This document shows, piece after piece, positions 16,250 through 26,418 of a DNA stretch of 37,194 nucleotides. The stretch's first letter is position 1; each line of letters begins with the position of its first letter. The notes beneath the pieces are model-generated. The model was not told the DNA's origin. It worked only from the letters and a program-made list of their open reading frames with translations, and made no database searches. The stretch covers positions 1 through 37,194 of the forward strand of contig DATNKF010000622.1 in assembly GCA_035603555.1 (NCBI GenBank), read 5' to 3'. This DNA comes from Stellaceae bacterium (lineage in GTDB: Bacteria; Pseudomonadota; Alphaproteobacteria; ATCC43930; CGMCC-115725). Made by a program: the position numbers and the translations under genes.

Positions 16250-16666
16250 ATGAACAGCCCCGACCAAAGCAGCGATTTGCTGGCGTTGACGACAGAAATC
16301 GTTGCCGCACACGTCTCCAACAATACGGTATCGGTGGGAGATCTGCCGCAGCTGATCAACCAAGTATATAATTCGTTGGCGAATATCGGCACGGCACCGC
16401 CGGCACCGGCGGAACGCCCTCAGCCGGCCGTCCCGGTCAAGAAATCCGTCTATCCGGATTACATCGTCTGCTTGGAGGACGGTAAAAAGCTGAAGATGCT
16501 AAAACGGCACTTGAAGACCGCCTACAACATGACTCCCGAGGGTTATCGCGAGCGCTGGGGACTGCCGACCGACTATCCGATGGTGGCGCCAAATTATGCA
16601 CGCCAGCGCAGCCGGCTGGCGAAGGAGATCGGGTTAGGCACGCGGGCGCGGCGCCCCCGGGGCTAA
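16250..16666 (+). CDS. mucR: Ros/MucR family transcriptional regulator
   Basis: [13 protein letters not shown]...[59 protein letters not shown]. This is the family signature, with variant zinc-ligand positions. Confidence 0.9.
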   Translation: MNSPDQSSDLLALTTEIVAAHVSNNTVSVGDLPQLINQVYNSLANIGTAPPAPAERPQPAVPVKKSVYPDYIVCLEDGKKLKMLKRHLKTAYNMTPEGYRERWGLPTDYPMVAPNYARQRSRLAKEIGLGTRARRPRG

Positions 16667-16777
16667 CGAGCGCGCCGACTTCGCGAAGGGGCTGTTATAC
16701 AATCGCGATGACGCGGTGCCCGGTCTTACCGTGCCGTTGGGACATAGGCTCTCCGCCCGGATTCGGGTATAGTATCT

Positions 16778-17239
16778 ATGGATGAGCTATGCCACGATAG
16801 AGACGCGATGATCTCGCGGCTAGAGCAGCTCTGCCTCGACAAAGGTCTCAAGATGACCGAGCAACGTCGGGTAATTGCCCGCGTTCTATCGGAATCTGCT
16901 GATCATCCCGATGTAGAGCAGGTCTATCGGCGAGCTACCGCGATCGATGCGCGCATCAGCATCGCCACGGTCTATCGGACCGTCCGTCTATTTGAAGAGG
17001 CGAGTATCCTGGCGCGGCATGATTTTGGTGATGGCCGCTCGCGGTACGAGGAAATGCCGAGCGCGCACCATGATCATTTAATCGACCTGCAGTCCGGGCG
17101 GGTCATCGAATTCCGCAACGAAGAGATCGAAAGACTGCAGGAAATCGTCGCTGATCAGCTTGGCTACGAGCTCGTTGGTCACCGGCTTGAACTCTACGCC
17201 GTGCCACGTGACCGCAAACTTCGGACCGGCACGGAATGA
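16778..17239 (+). CDS. irr: Fur-family regulator, Irr (iron response regulator)-like
   Basis: TEQRRVIARVL...HPDVEQVYRRA...ISIATVYRTVRLFEEASIL...SAHHDHLIDLQSGRVIEF...GHRLELYAV. Winged-helix Fur fold with a His-rich HHDH motif, as in Irr. Confidence 0.75.
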   Translation: MDELCHDRDAMISRLEQLCLDKGLKMTEQRRVIARVLSESADHPDVEQVYRRATAIDARISIATVYRTVRLFEEASILARHDFGDGRSRYEEMPSAHHDHLIDLQSGRVIEFRNEEIERLQEIVADQLGYELVGHRLELYAVPRDRKLRTGTE

Positions 17240-17287
17240 TCCGCTCAAACCGATCAGACCGCGGAGTGCCGGCGCGGACGGTATCGG

Positions 17288-18217
17288 GTGGCATTGGACT
17301 TCCCGCCCCAAAGTCGACAGAGGTCGACCGGCATGATTAGCGGTGCCGCGACCGGAAAGCGGCCCGTCCGGCCGATCGAATCGCCTCCACCGATCGACGC
17401 CGAGACGGCACCCGCGCCGGGCCGCGTCGTCGACTTCTGGTCGGGCCCGCTGCAAGTCCGCCTGGCAGAGACCGCCGAAGATATCGATGCCGCGCAGTTG
17501 TTACGATACCGTATATTTTACGAGGCGCTGGGGGCGCGCCCGCTGCCCCATATGCTGCGGCTGCGGCGCGACGTCGATCGCTTCGATAACGATTGCGATC
17601 ACCTCTTGGTCCTCGACCACGCCCGGGGGGGCGGCCACGACCGGGTTGTCGGGACTTACCGGTTGCTCCGGCGAAAGGCGGCAGCCCGTCTGGGGGGCTT
17701 CTATTCCGCAGCCGAGTACGACATTACGCCGCTCGCCGCCCATCCAGGCGAAATTCTCGAGCTCGGACGCTCCTGCGTCGAAGCCGCCTACCGCCAGCGC
17801 CCGGCCATGCAGCTGCTGTGGAGTGGGATCGCGGCCTACGTATCTCATCACGGCATCGCACTGATGTTTGGCTGCGCGAGCCTCCCAGGTACTGATCCCG
17901 GCGCGCTCGCCTTGCCGCTCTCCTACCTCTACTACTACCATTTGGCACCGCCCGCGCTGCGGCCGCGCGCTCTGAACGAGCGCTATGTGGACATGCGCCG
18001 GGTCGCTATGGGTGCGATCGATCCCGGGCGGGCGCTCAACGCGCTGCCACCGCTCATCAAAGGTTATTTGCGCCTTGGCGGGTTCACCGGTGACGGAGCT
18101 GTAATCGACGAGCAGTTCAACACCACCGATGTCTGCATCATCGTCAAGACCGATCTCATCACGGAAAAATACTCGCGTCACTACGAACGGCGATCCAGAG
18201 ATACATGGGCTGGTTAA
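17288..18217 (+). CDS. olsB: Ornithine lipid biosynthesis N-acyltransferase OlsB (GNAT-like)
   Basis: AAQLLRYRIFYEALGARP...CDHLLVLDH...VVGTYRLL...GGFYSAAEYDI...LELGRSCV...LLWSGIAAY...MFGCASLPG...LPPLIKGYLRLGG...DGAVID..FNTTDV closely parallels S. meliloti OlsB as I recall it. The start (GTG 17288 or ATG 17333) is uncertain. Confidence 0.8.
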   Translation: MALDFPPQSRQRSTGMISGAATGKRPVRPIESPPPIDAETAPAPGRVVDFWSGPLQVRLAETAEDIDAAQLLRYRIFYEALGARPLPHMLRLRRDVDRFDNDCDHLLVLDHARGGGHDRVVGTYRLLRRKAAARLGGFYSAAEYDITPLAAHPGEILELGRSCVEAAYRQRPAMQLLWSGIAAYVSHHGIALMFGCASLPGTDPGALALPLSYLYYYHLAPPALRPRALNERYVDMRRVAMGAIDPGRALNALPPLIKGYLRLGGFTGDGAVIDEQFNTTDVCIIVKTDLITEKYSRHYERRSRDTWAG

Positions 18218-18221
18218 CTCG

Positions 18222-19076
18222 ATGGGCTCTTCGACGCTGAAGGTCGCGCGTCTAGTCTTGTATTTTGCCTGGACGCTGGCTCTGATGCCAGTGCAATGGA
18301 TTGGGTTGGTCCTGGGTTGCCGCTGGGTAAGTACGCTGCCGACCTTCTATCACCGCTGGTGTTGTAGACTCCTGGGGTTTCGGGTCAGAACGATCGGAAG
18401 GCCGACGACCCGGCGCCCCGTCCTGTTCGCGGCGAATCACATCTCGTATACCGATATCGCGATCCTCGGCTCACTTATTGCGGGCTCGTTCATCGCCAAA
18501 AGCGAGGTGGCGCATTGGCCGTTTTTCGGATGGCTCGCGAAATTGCAGCGGACGGTCTTTGTCGATCGGCGGATCCGCAGCACGGCAACCCAGCGCGACG
18601 AGATATCCCAAAGGCTTGCCGCTGGAGACGCCTTGATATTGTTTCCGGAGGGGACAAGCGGCGACGGCAACCGGATCCTGCCGTTCAAGACCGCGCTGTT
18701 TGGCGCCGCTGCGCAGCGCGGGAGGATCGAGCCCGTAGTTGTTCAGCCGGTCTCGCTTGCCTATACCCGGCTCGACGGCATCCCGATCCGACGTGCGTAT
18801 CGCCCGTTCGTCGCGTGGTACGGGGCGATGGATTTGCTCTCCCACCTCTGGGGGATGATCGGGCTCGGCACGGTCGAGGTCGTGGTCCAATTCCATCCGC
18901 CGACTCTGCTTACCGATTGCGGATCACGCAAGGCGCTGGCCGGCTACTGCTTCGCCCGCGTTGCCGGCGGAATGGCTGGCGCGCTCTTCGGGCGGCCACA
19001 GCCGCTACCCATGCCGCCGGCTTCAAGCGTGCGCAAAGAATGTTTGCCAGAGATTACTTCTAAAGCTGCGGCCTGA
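18222..19076 (+). CDS. olsA: Lyso-ornithine lipid O-acyltransferase OlsA (PlsC family)
   Basis: The HX4D motif NHISYTD and FPEGTSGDG are acyltransferase motifs. An N-terminal TM segment is present. The gene lies 4 nt downstream of olsB. Confidence 0.75.
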   Translation: MGSSTLKVARLVLYFAWTLALMPVQWIGLVLGCRWVSTLPTFYHRWCCRLLGFRVRTIGRPTTRRPVLFAANHISYTDIAILGSLIAGSFIAKSEVAHWPFFGWLAKLQRTVFVDRRIRSTATQRDEISQRLAAGDALILFPEGTSGDGNRILPFKTALFGAAAQRGRIEPVVVQPVSLAYTRLDGIPIRRAYRPFVAWYGAMDLLSHLWGMIGLGTVEVVVQFHPPTLLTDCGSRKALAGYCFARVAGGMAGALFGRPQPLPMPPASSVRKECLPEITSKAAA

Positions 19077-19116
19077 TAGCGTAGAAATTCCCTCTAACAT
19101 GGTCAGCTAAAATACA

Positions 19117-20463
19117 ATGAAGGGCGTCTTTATAAAGACATACGGATGTCAAATGAACGTCTATGATTCGACCCGGATGTTAGATATTCTGAAACCGCTA
19201 GGTTATTTGGCGGTGCATGCGCAAGACGACGCTGATTTGCTCATCCTCAATACCTGTCATATTCGCGAGAAAGCGGCCGAAAAAGTATATTCCGAGCTCG
19301 GTTTAGTCCGCCAGCTGAAACAGGCCAAGGCGCGGCGCGGCGGTCACATGATCGTCGCGGTCTCCGGCTGCGTTGCGCAGGCCGAGGGTGCCGAGGTTCT
19401 CCGACGCGCCCCGTTCGTCGACCTCGTGTTCGGCCCACAGAGCTACCATCTGCTTCCGGAATTGATTGGTCGGGCCTTGCGTAGACCTGGTGGCGGCGTC
19501 CTTGCCACAGATTTTCCGGTCGAGGCCAAATTTGACCACCTGCCTGAACCGTCGGCGCAACAGGGAGTGACGGCCTTTCTCACGATCCAGGAAGGATGTG
19601 ATAAGTTCTGCAGCTTCTGCGTCGTCCCCTATACGCGCGGCGCGGAGTACTCGCGTCCGGTCGCACAGGTCTTGACGGAGGCGCGTCGCGCGGTGGCGTC
19701 GGGGATACGAGAGATCACTCTTCTCGGCCAGAACGTAAACGCTTATCACGGGGAGGGTCCGGACGGTGGGCCCTGCGGGCTTGGCGGACTTGTCCGCCAG
19801 CTCGCGTGCCTGCCCGGCCTTGGTCGTATCCGCTACACGACCTCGCATCCGCGAGATGTCGATGATGAGCTGATCGCCGCTCATCGCGACGTGCCTGAGC
19901 TGATGCCCTACATTCATCTTCCCGTGCAGAGCGGTTCGGACCGTATCCTCGCTGCTATGAACCGGCGTCATACTGCCGATGCTTATAGGCGCATCATTGA
20001 GCGCCTGCGCCTGGCGCGCCCGGATCTCGCCCTCTCGTCCGACTTCATCGTCGGTTTTCCGGGCGAAAGCGACGAGGACTTCCAGGCTACGCTCGACCTC
20101 GTCGGCGAGATCGGTTTTGCCCAGGCTTACTCCTTCAAATATTCCCAGCGGCCCGGCACGCCCGCAGCATCCGCTGCCGGCCAGGTTCCCGAGCGAGTGA
20201 AGTCCGATCGTCTCGCGGCCCTGCAGCTGGCGCTGGACAAGCAGAAACGCCAGTTCAACGAAGCCTGCATTGGAAAAATCCTGACGGTGCTCTTGGAAAA
20301 GCCGGGCCGCCACGATGGGCAGATGGTTGGGCGCAGCCCCTACCTGCAAAGCGTACATGTCGCGACAGCCGCGGAAAGAATCGGCGAGATCGTCCCGGCA
20401 CTGATCTCAGAGGCGAGCGCCAATAGCCTTTCGGGTTCCCTTGTCGAGGCCGTCGGGACATGA
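19117..20463 (+). CDS. miaB: tRNA-2-methylthio-N6-dimethylallyladenosine synthase
   Basis: [14 protein letters not shown], radical-SAM [15 protein letters not shown], and a C-terminal TRAM region. Confidence 0.92.
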   Translation: MKGVFIKTYGCQMNVYDSTRMLDILKPLGYLAVHAQDDADLLILNTCHIREKAAEKVYSELGLVRQLKQAKARRGGHMIVAVSGCVAQAEGAEVLRRAPFVDLVFGPQSYHLLPELIGRALRRPGGGVLATDFPVEAKFDHLPEPSAQQGVTAFLTIQEGCDKFCSFCVVPYTRGAEYSRPVAQVLTEARRAVASGIREITLLGQNVNAYHGEGPDGGPCGLGGLVRQLACLPGLGRIRYTTSHPRDVDDELIAAHRDVPELMPYIHLPVQSGSDRILAAMNRRHTADAYRRIIERLRLARPDLALSSDFIVGFPGESDEDFQATLDLVGEIGFAQAYSFKYSQRPGTPAASAAGQVPERVKSDRLAALQLALDKQKRQFNEACIGKILTVLLEKPGRHDGQMVGRSPYLQSVHVATAAERIGEIVPALISEASANSLSGSLVEAVGT

Positions 20464-21473
20464 CGGCGTTCGCTTCCGAGGCGCTCGCCGTCGAACTGGT
20501 CGAGGGTCGCGCGCAGCTCGAATTCGACGACAACCTGCTGCTCCCGCTGCTCTATGGTGAGCGCGATCAACACCTCGCTCGGATCGAGCGTCAGCTCGGC
20601 GTTTCGGTCGTGACCCGCGGCAACCGGCTGGCGATCTCGGGTTCGGCTTCAGCGACGGGGGTGGCGCGGCTGGCCTTGTCGAAGCTCTACTACGGGCTCA
20701 AGCGGGGCCAGGAGGTTGATCTGCCGGCGGTGGAGGCAGCTATCCGACTCGCCTCGGCCGAGCTTGCCGAAAAGGATCCCAATCTTTGGCAGGAGAATGC
20801 CGCGTTCCGTACGCGCAAGCGTCGTATCGAAGCACGTTCGCCGGGGCAAAGCCTGTACATCAGAGCATTGCACGAAAATGAGCTCGTTTTCGGGCTTGGA
20901 CCTGCGGGCACGGGCAAGACTTATCTTGCCGTTGCCGCGGCGGTCGACCTCCTGATGACCGGGCGCGTCGAGCGTATCATTCTCTCGCGTCCGGCCGTAG
21001 AAGCCGGCGAGCGGCTCGGCTTCCTTCCGGGTGATCTCCGTGACAAGGTCGATCCCTATCTGAGGCCGATATTCGACGCGCTCAACGAGATGCTGCCGGC
21101 CGATCAGGTCGCAAAGCGGCTCGGCAGTGGCGAAATCGAAGTTGCGCCGATCGCCTTTATGCGCGGGCGCACGCTGTCGCACGCTTTCGTTATCCTCGAC
21201 GAGGCGCAGAATACGACGCCTGTTCAGATGAAAATGTTCTTAACGCGCCTCGGCGAGGGCTCGCGCATGGTCGTTACCGGCGATCCGACCCAGGTCGACC
21301 TGCCCGCAGGTACCCGCTCAGGCTTGGCCGAGGCGCTCGAAACTTTGCAGGGAATTCGTGGGATCGCCACGGTGAAGCTCAGCGACGCGGACGTCGTCCG
21401 GCACGATCTCGTAGCGCGCATCGTGCGCGCATACGAAGCACGGGAGCGAGCGGTAGGCGCCGACGAGCCGTAA
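20460..21473 (+). CDS. phoH: PhoH-like ATPase (YbeZ)
   Basis: Walker [13 protein letters not shown], plus ILDEAQN and [15 protein letters not shown] overlap with miaB. Confidence 0.9.
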   Translation: MTAFASEALAVELVEGRAQLEFDDNLLLPLLYGERDQHLARIERQLGVSVVTRGNRLAISGSASATGVARLALSKLYYGLKRGQEVDLPAVEAAIRLASAELAEKDPNLWQENAAFRTRKRRIEARSPGQSLYIRALHENELVFGLGPAGTGKTYLAVAAAVDLLMTGRVERIILSRPAVEAGERLGFLPGDLRDKVDPYLRPIFDALNEMLPADQVAKRLGSGEIEVAPIAFMRGRTLSHAFVILDEAQNTTPVQMKMFLTRLGEGSRMVVTGDPTQVDLPAGTRSGLAEALETLQGIRGIATVKLSDADVVRHDLVARIVRAYEARERAVGADEP

Positions 21474-22009
21474 TGAAATCTGCTCCGGCGATCACTGTCG
21501 TCTCGCCTTGCATCAGATGGAAGCACGCATGCCCGGACGCCGACGGGCTTGCTCGCGACGCTGTTCGGGCCGCCCTGGCGATCGGGGTCGCGAAAACGGG
21601 GTTGGCATCCCCGGCGCGGGTCGAATTATGCATTGTACTTGCCGACGACGCCGAGCAGCAGCGGCTCAATAGCCTCTTCAGGGGGCAGGATACGCCAACC
21701 AATGTACTCGCGTTTCCAGCTTGGGAGCCGGGAATGCGATCCCCGGCGGGCGCGCCGCTGTTGCTTGGAGATGTCGTGGTTGCGTTCGAGACGGTGGCTC
21801 GCGAAGCGGCCGAGCAGAGTAAGCCGTTCGCCGACCACCTGCGACACATGATCGTTCACGGCGTCCTTCATTTGCTCGGCTACGATCATCAGACGGCTGG
21901 TGCGGCGTCGATTATGGAGTCCCTCGAGAGGGTTATTCTGGCCAAGCTCGGGGTTCCTGATCCCTATCCGGATCAGGCCACACCCATATCCGCATCCGTT
22001 TGGGCATGA
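21473..22009 (+). CDS. ybeY: rRNA maturation endoribonuclease YbeY
   Basis: HMIVHGVLHLLGYDH zinc-binding motif. The start overlaps the phoH stop (TAATG). Confidence 0.9.
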   Translation: MKSAPAITVVSPCIRWKHACPDADGLARDAVRAALAIGVAKTGLASPARVELCIVLADDAEQQRLNSLFRGQDTPTNVLAFPAWEPGMRSPAGAPLLLGDVVVAFETVAREAAEQSKPFADHLRHMIVHGVLHLLGYDHQTAGAASIMESLERVILAKLGVPDPYPDQATPISASVWA

Positions 22010-22911
22010 GCGATCCTCAATCGCCCGAAGTTGTCGGCCAGCCGGAGCACGATCGGTCCTTTGCCCGTCTGCGGAACCTCCTGAGGCTTATCCGGCGTCC
22101 GCGCAACGGCGAAAGTTTGCGCGAGACCATCGACGAAATGATCGAGGAGCCGCCGGCGGACGGCCCCCACCCGCTCAGTGCGCAAGAACGCGTGCTGATC
22201 GGCAACATTCTCAAAGTCCACGACCGGACAGCCGCCGATGCGATGGTGCCGCGGGTCGACATCGTCGCCCTCGATGTCGAGACTTCCTTCCCCGAAGTCG
22301 TCAAATTTATGGTCGAGCAGGGCCACTCGCGGGTTCCGGTTTATCGCGAGACGCTCGATAACGTAATCGGGTTCGTTCACGCCAAGGATTTGTTGGGGCC
22401 GGCGGCGGAGCGGCGAGAGACAAAATTGTCGCTGATGCTGCGCAAGGTGTTGTTCGTCGCCCCTTCGGTGCCGATCCTTGACCTTCTGGTGCAGATGCGG
22501 CAGGCACGCACGCATATCGCAATGGTGGCCGACGAGTTCGGCGGAATCGACGGATTAGTGACGATCGAAGACCTGATCGAGGAGATTGTCGGCGAGATAG
22601 AAGACGAGCACGACGTCGCCGATGGGCCGAGACTGGCAGAGCGAGCGGATGGCACTCTGATCGCCGACGCCCGCACGCCGATTGAAGTATTGGAAGAGCA
22701 TCAGGGTATTCGGTTGCGCCCGAGTGGTGAGCAGGAAGAGGTCGATACACTCGGCGGACTGGTTTCGAGCCTAGCTGGCCGCGTACCAACGCGCGGCGAG
22801 GTAATCCCACATCCGTCGGGAATTGAGTTCGAGGTGCTCGACGCTGACCCTCGTAAAATCAAGCGTCTGCGCGTACGCCGCTCGCCGGACGCAGCCACGG
22901 GCGGAGCCTGA
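22000..22911 (+). CDS. corC: CBS-domain / CorC_HlyC transporter-associated protein (CorC/TlyC, YbeX-like)
   Basis: DAMVPRVDIVAL...GHSRVPVY...VIGFVHAKDLL...HIAMVADEFGGIDGLVTIEDLIEEIVGEIEDEHD. It overlaps ybeY by 10 nt. Confidence 0.85.
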   Translation: MGMSDPQSPEVVGQPEHDRSFARLRNLLRLIRRPRNGESLRETIDEMIEEPPADGPHPLSAQERVLIGNILKVHDRTAADAMVPRVDIVALDVETSFPEVVKFMVEQGHSRVPVYRETLDNVIGFVHAKDLLGPAAERRETKLSLMLRKVLFVAPSVPILDLLVQMRQARTHIAMVADEFGGIDGLVTIEDLIEEIVGEIEDEHDVADGPRLAERADGTLIADARTPIEVLEEHQGIRLRPSGEQEEVDTLGGLVSSLAGRVPTRGEVIPHPSGIEFEVLDADPRKIKRLRVRRSPDAATGGA

Positions 22912-22914
22912 CAA

Positions 22915-24531
22915 GTGCCAGAGGTCTCGATCCTCCGCGTTAGATCCGGTTCGTCGATCCAGGCGCCCCTCTGTCGTCTTGCCTTCGAGCTCGCCGCATT
23001 ATCGGGCTGGCGGCGCTATGGACTGGCCTTTTTGTTGGGGGTCGGAGCGGCTGCCGCGCTGCCCCCGGTGGATATGTCGCCACTGCTCCTCGTCGCCTTT
23101 GTCGGGCTTCTTTGGCTAGAGGAAGGCAGCGCTCGCCCGAGTGCTTCCTTTGGCTTGGGCTATATTTTTGGTTTTGGCTTCTTCGTGGCCGGGCTCTACT
23201 GGATCGCCGCTGCTCTGTTTGTCGACATCGCCACCTTCTGGTGGCTCGTGCCGATTGCGGCTCTAGGACTGCCGGCAGCATTTGCTCTCTACACCGGCTC
23301 AGCTGTTCTCCTGGTCAACCTGGCGACCAACCATCTGCGATTGCCCAGGACCGCGCGGATCTTTCTATTCGCGATCACTTGGACCGTGGCCGAATGGGTC
23401 CGCGGCCATGCGTTTACGGGACTCCCCTGGAACTTGATCGGATCCACGTGGTCTGGCGGCTTCCCGGGTGCGATCGGAATGCTGCAGACCGCCGCCTGGG
23501 TCGGCATTTACGGGTTGAGCTTCGTGACGGTCCTTGCCGCCTCACTGCCGGCCTTGCTCGGGGCGTCGCCTCAACCCCCGATCTCCGCGCGTGGACGCTG
23601 GGCTCCGGCTATCGCGGCGATGCTTTTAATCCTCGTCCCAGGCCTTTTGGGAACGGTTCAACTGGTAATGTCGCCCATCGCCGACACCGGGATCTGGCTG
23701 CGTCTGGTGCAGCCCTCGATCCCCCAGACGACAAAATGGGAGCCCAAGGCAGCGGAGGCGAATTTCCGGCGGCTCCTCAGTCTCAGTGCCGCGCCGGCGT
23801 CCCACCCGATTACCGCCGTTGTTTGGCCCGAAGCGGCTATCCCTTTCCTTCTTGATCGCGATGCGGCCCATCGTCGGGAGATCGCCGCCATTGCGCCGGA
23901 GCGGGGTTATGTCATCACCGGCGCCTTACGGGCAAACCCGCCACCGGACCCGGTCGCGCGAATCTGGAATAGTATAGAGGTAGTAAACACTAGCGATGAC
24001 GTCGTCGCTTATTACGACAAGGCGCACCTCGTCCCGTTCGGAGAATATATCCCGATGCGAGACGTACTACCATTAAAGAAGATTACCGCTGGAAGTATTG
24101 ATCTTAGCCCCGGTGTTGGCCTCCATACTATCGCATTACCCGGGCTTCCTCCCTTTGCCGCGCTGATTTGCTATGAGGCCATTTTCCCGGGGATGACCGT
24201 CGATGAAACCGAACGCCCGGCTTGGATGCTCAACGTCACCAACGATGCATGGTACGGGCGCAGCTCGGGTCCCTATCAACATCTCGCCAGTGCCCGGACT
24301 CGCAGCGTCGAGGAGGGCTTGCCCATGATCCGCGTGGCCAACAGCGGAGTTAGCGCGGTGATCGACGCGGCGGGACGGGTTCGCGCCCGCATCGACCTCG
24401 ACGCGATCGGCTATGCCGACGTCGTGCTGCCAGCCTCAGGCAGCCCCACCCTCTACGCTCGCGTCGGAGACTTGGCGCTGGTTTCCCTCCTTCTGCTCGG
24501 CGCCCTCCCCGTCGCGTTCCGGTTGCGCTGA
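22915..24531 (+). CDS. lnt: Apolipoprotein N-acyltransferase
   Basis: Multi-TM N-terminal half followed by a nitrilase-like domain with VVWPEAA, KAHLVPFGEYIP and ALICYEAIFP. GTG start. Confidence 0.9.
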   Translation: MPEVSILRVRSGSSIQAPLCRLAFELAALSGWRRYGLAFLLGVGAAAALPPVDMSPLLLVAFVGLLWLEEGSARPSASFGLGYIFGFGFFVAGLYWIAAALFVDIATFWWLVPIAALGLPAAFALYTGSAVLLVNLATNHLRLPRTARIFLFAITWTVAEWVRGHAFTGLPWNLIGSTWSGGFPGAIGMLQTAAWVGIYGLSFVTVLAASLPALLGASPQPPISARGRWAPAIAAMLLILVPGLLGTVQLVMSPIADTGIWLRLVQPSIPQTTKWEPKAAEANFRRLLSLSAAPASHPITAVVWPEAAIPFLLDRDAAHRREIAAIAPERGYVITGALRANPPPDPVARIWNSIEVVNTSDDVVAYYDKAHLVPFGEYIPMRDVLPLKKITAGSIDLSPGVGLHTIALPGLPPFAALICYEAIFPGMTVDETERPAWMLNVTNDAWYGRSSGPYQHLASARTRSVEEGLPMIRVANSGVSAVIDAAGRVRARIDLDAIGYADVVLPASGSPTLYARVGDLALVSLLLLGALPVAFRLR

Positions 24532-24681
24532 AGGCCGCGCCGTGATCTCTGGGACAGCGCTGCGCTAAAACTTGCGTCGCGGAGAAATTGCTTATTTTCC
24601 GTGTAGCCCGGTCGTTGATCGCGTATGATGGTGTAATCTGACGGTTCAATCCGCTGCTTTTGCGAGGGCAATCGACCAAAA

Positions 24682-25143
24682 ATGGCGATGCAGCAGCAAA
24701 CCCGACGGCCCGGTCGCCAAAGGGGCGACAAGCCGAACCCGATCGACGTTCACGTCGGCTCTCGCGTGCGCCTGCGCCGCAATATGCTTGGTCTGAGCCA
24801 GGAAAAGCTCGGCGAGGCGATAGGTCTGACTTTTCAACAGGTTCAGAAATACGAGCGAGGCGCCAATCGGATCGGCGCCAGTCGTCTGCACGATCTGAGC
24901 CGCGTTCTGGACGTCCCGGTTTCATTCTTCTTCGACGACATGGACCCGGTGCGAGCCCCGGCGATCCCCGCAGGTTTTGCCGAGCCCGCTGTCGAAGCGT
25001 TCGATGCCGATCCCTTGCGGCGGCGCGAGACGATCGAACTGGTCAGCGCCTATTACCGGATCGACGATCCAGCGTTGCGACGTCGCCTGTTCGAACTCGC
25101 CCGCGCACTGGCCGTCGGAGCCGATCGTTCGGCAGCAAAATAG
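24682..25143 (+). CDS. XRE-family helix-turn-helix transcriptional regulator
   Basis: VGSRVRLRRNMLGLSQEKLGEAIGLTFQQVQKYERGANRIGASRLHDLSRVL is the Cro/C1 HTH. A C-terminal region of about 70 aa has unknown function. Confidence 0.8.
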   Translation: MAMQQQTRRPGRQRGDKPNPIDVHVGSRVRLRRNMLGLSQEKLGEAIGLTFQQVQKYERGANRIGASRLHDLSRVLDVPVSFFFDDMDPVRAPAIPAGFAEPAVEAFDADPLRRRETIELVSAYYRIDDPALRRRLFELARALAVGADRSAAK

Positions 25144-25253
25144 CGAGCTTGTCGTACCGGCGGTCCAGGGTGGGCGGCATGGCTGATCGGCCTTAACCGC
25201 CGCCTTCTGGGGATTTCATCAATCCCGCCACGCTAGTAAGGAAAGGCACACAC

Positions 25254-26414
25254 TTGGCCAGCCGCGATTTTGTGTTCACCAGCGAATCAGTGTCGGAAGG
25301 TCATCCCGACAAGATTTGCGACCGCATCTCCGATGCGATCGTCGATACCTTTCTTGCCGCCGAACCGCAGGCGCGTTGCGGCGTCGAGACGCTGGTCACA
25401 ACAAACCGCGTGGTGCTGGCCGGCGAAGTGCGCGGTCCAGCTTCGATCACGAGCGAAAGACTGGTCGAAGTGGCACGGCGCGCGATCCGAGAGATCGGGT
25501 ACGAACAGGAGAACTTCCACTGGCAGCGCGCCGCGATCGAGTGCTTGATCCATGGCCAATCGACCGACATCGCCCAGGGCGTCGATGCATCGGGCAACAA
25601 GGACGAAGGCGCCGGCGATCAGGGAATGATGTTCGGGCACGCGTGCGGCGAGACACCGGAACTGATGCCGGCGCCGATCTTTTATGCGCATGCGATCCTG
25701 CGCTCCCTGTCCGAAGCGCGGCACGCCGGAAACACACCCTTGCTGGGCCCCGACTCGAAGAGCCAGGTCACACTGCAATACATTGATGGAAAACCGGTAC
25801 GAGCGACCAAGATTGTCGTCTCAGTCCAGCATTCCGCCCGGATCGAGAGTGAGGAGGTTCGTGAAATCGTGCGGCCGCATGTTCTCGCCGTGCTGCCCGA
25901 AGGTTGGATGTGCAACGAGGAGAATTTCCTTGTAAACCCGACTGGCCGTTTCGTGATCGGTGGTCCTCACGGTGACGCCGGGGTTACCGGTCGCAAAATC
26001 ATCGTCGATACCTACGGTGGTGCGGCGCCGCATGGCGGGGGGGCGTTTTCGGGCAAGGACCCCACCAAGGTCGACAGATCGGGTGCCTATGCTGCCCGCT
26101 ATCTGGCAAAGAACGTTGTCGGCGCGGGACTTGCTGAGCGTTGTACAATCCAGGTGGCCTATGCGATCGGGGTTGCCAGGCCGCTGTCGTTCTATGTTGA
26201 CACCTGCGGGTCAGTCGATGAGCAGAGGCTGGCTGCGGTGCTGCAGGAAATAATGGATCTGTCGCCGCGCGGCATCCGCACGCATCTCGGCCTGAACAAG
26301 CCGATCTATGCGCGCACGGCGGCCTATGGCCATTTCGGTCGTGTGCCCGAGCTTGACGGCAGCTTCTCGTGGGAGAGGCTGGATCTCGTTGAGGAGCTGC
26401 AGCGCGCCTTCTGA
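25254..26414 (+). CDS. metK: S-adenosylmethionine synthetase
   Basis: [53 protein letters not shown] start, with AAGGAAAGG about 8 nt upstream. Confidence 0.95.
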   Translation: MASRDFVFTSESVSEGHPDKICDRISDAIVDTFLAAEPQARCGVETLVTTNRVVLAGEVRGPASITSERLVEVARRAIREIGYEQENFHWQRAAIECLIHGQSTDIAQGVDASGNKDEGAGDQGMMFGHACGETPELMPAPIFYAHAILRSLSEARHAGNTPLLGPDSKSQVTLQYIDGKPVRATKIVVSVQHSARIESEEVREIVRPHVLAVLPEGWMCNEENFLVNPTGRFVIGGPHGDAGVTGRKIIVDTYGGAAPHGGGAFSGKDPTKVDRSGAYAARYLAKNVVGAGLAERCTIQVAYAIGVARPLSFYVDTCGSVDEQRLAAVLQEIMDLSPRGIRTHLGLNKPIYARTAAYGHFGRVPELDGSFSWERLDLVEELQRAF

Positions 26415-26418
26415 GGCT

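Noticed and set aside
19059-19065. TTCTAAA, half of the Irr-box/ICE consensus (TTTAGAA-N3-TTCTAAA), near the end of olsA.
   Set aside because: Only one half-site is present, and it lies inside coding sequence. This is not enough for a binding-site call.
19108-19113. TAAAAT hexamer just upstream of miaB, considered as a -10 box.
   Set aside because: It ends 3 nt before the ATG, so a transcript starting from it would begin inside the gene. It more likely just reflects the AT-rich translation-initiation region.
24643-24652. GGTTCAATCC, which resembles a tRNA T-loop, in the lnt-XRE intergenic region.
   Set aside because: The flanking bases do not form a T-stem (GACGG versus CGCTG). No acceptor or anticodon arms can be drawn. 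No tRNA is present.
25144-25253. A possible SAM riboswitch upstream of metK.
   Set aside because: I could not find the SAM-II/SAM-V-type conserved core or a pseudoknot-compatible arrangement by eye. A covariance-model scan is needed for a definitive answer.
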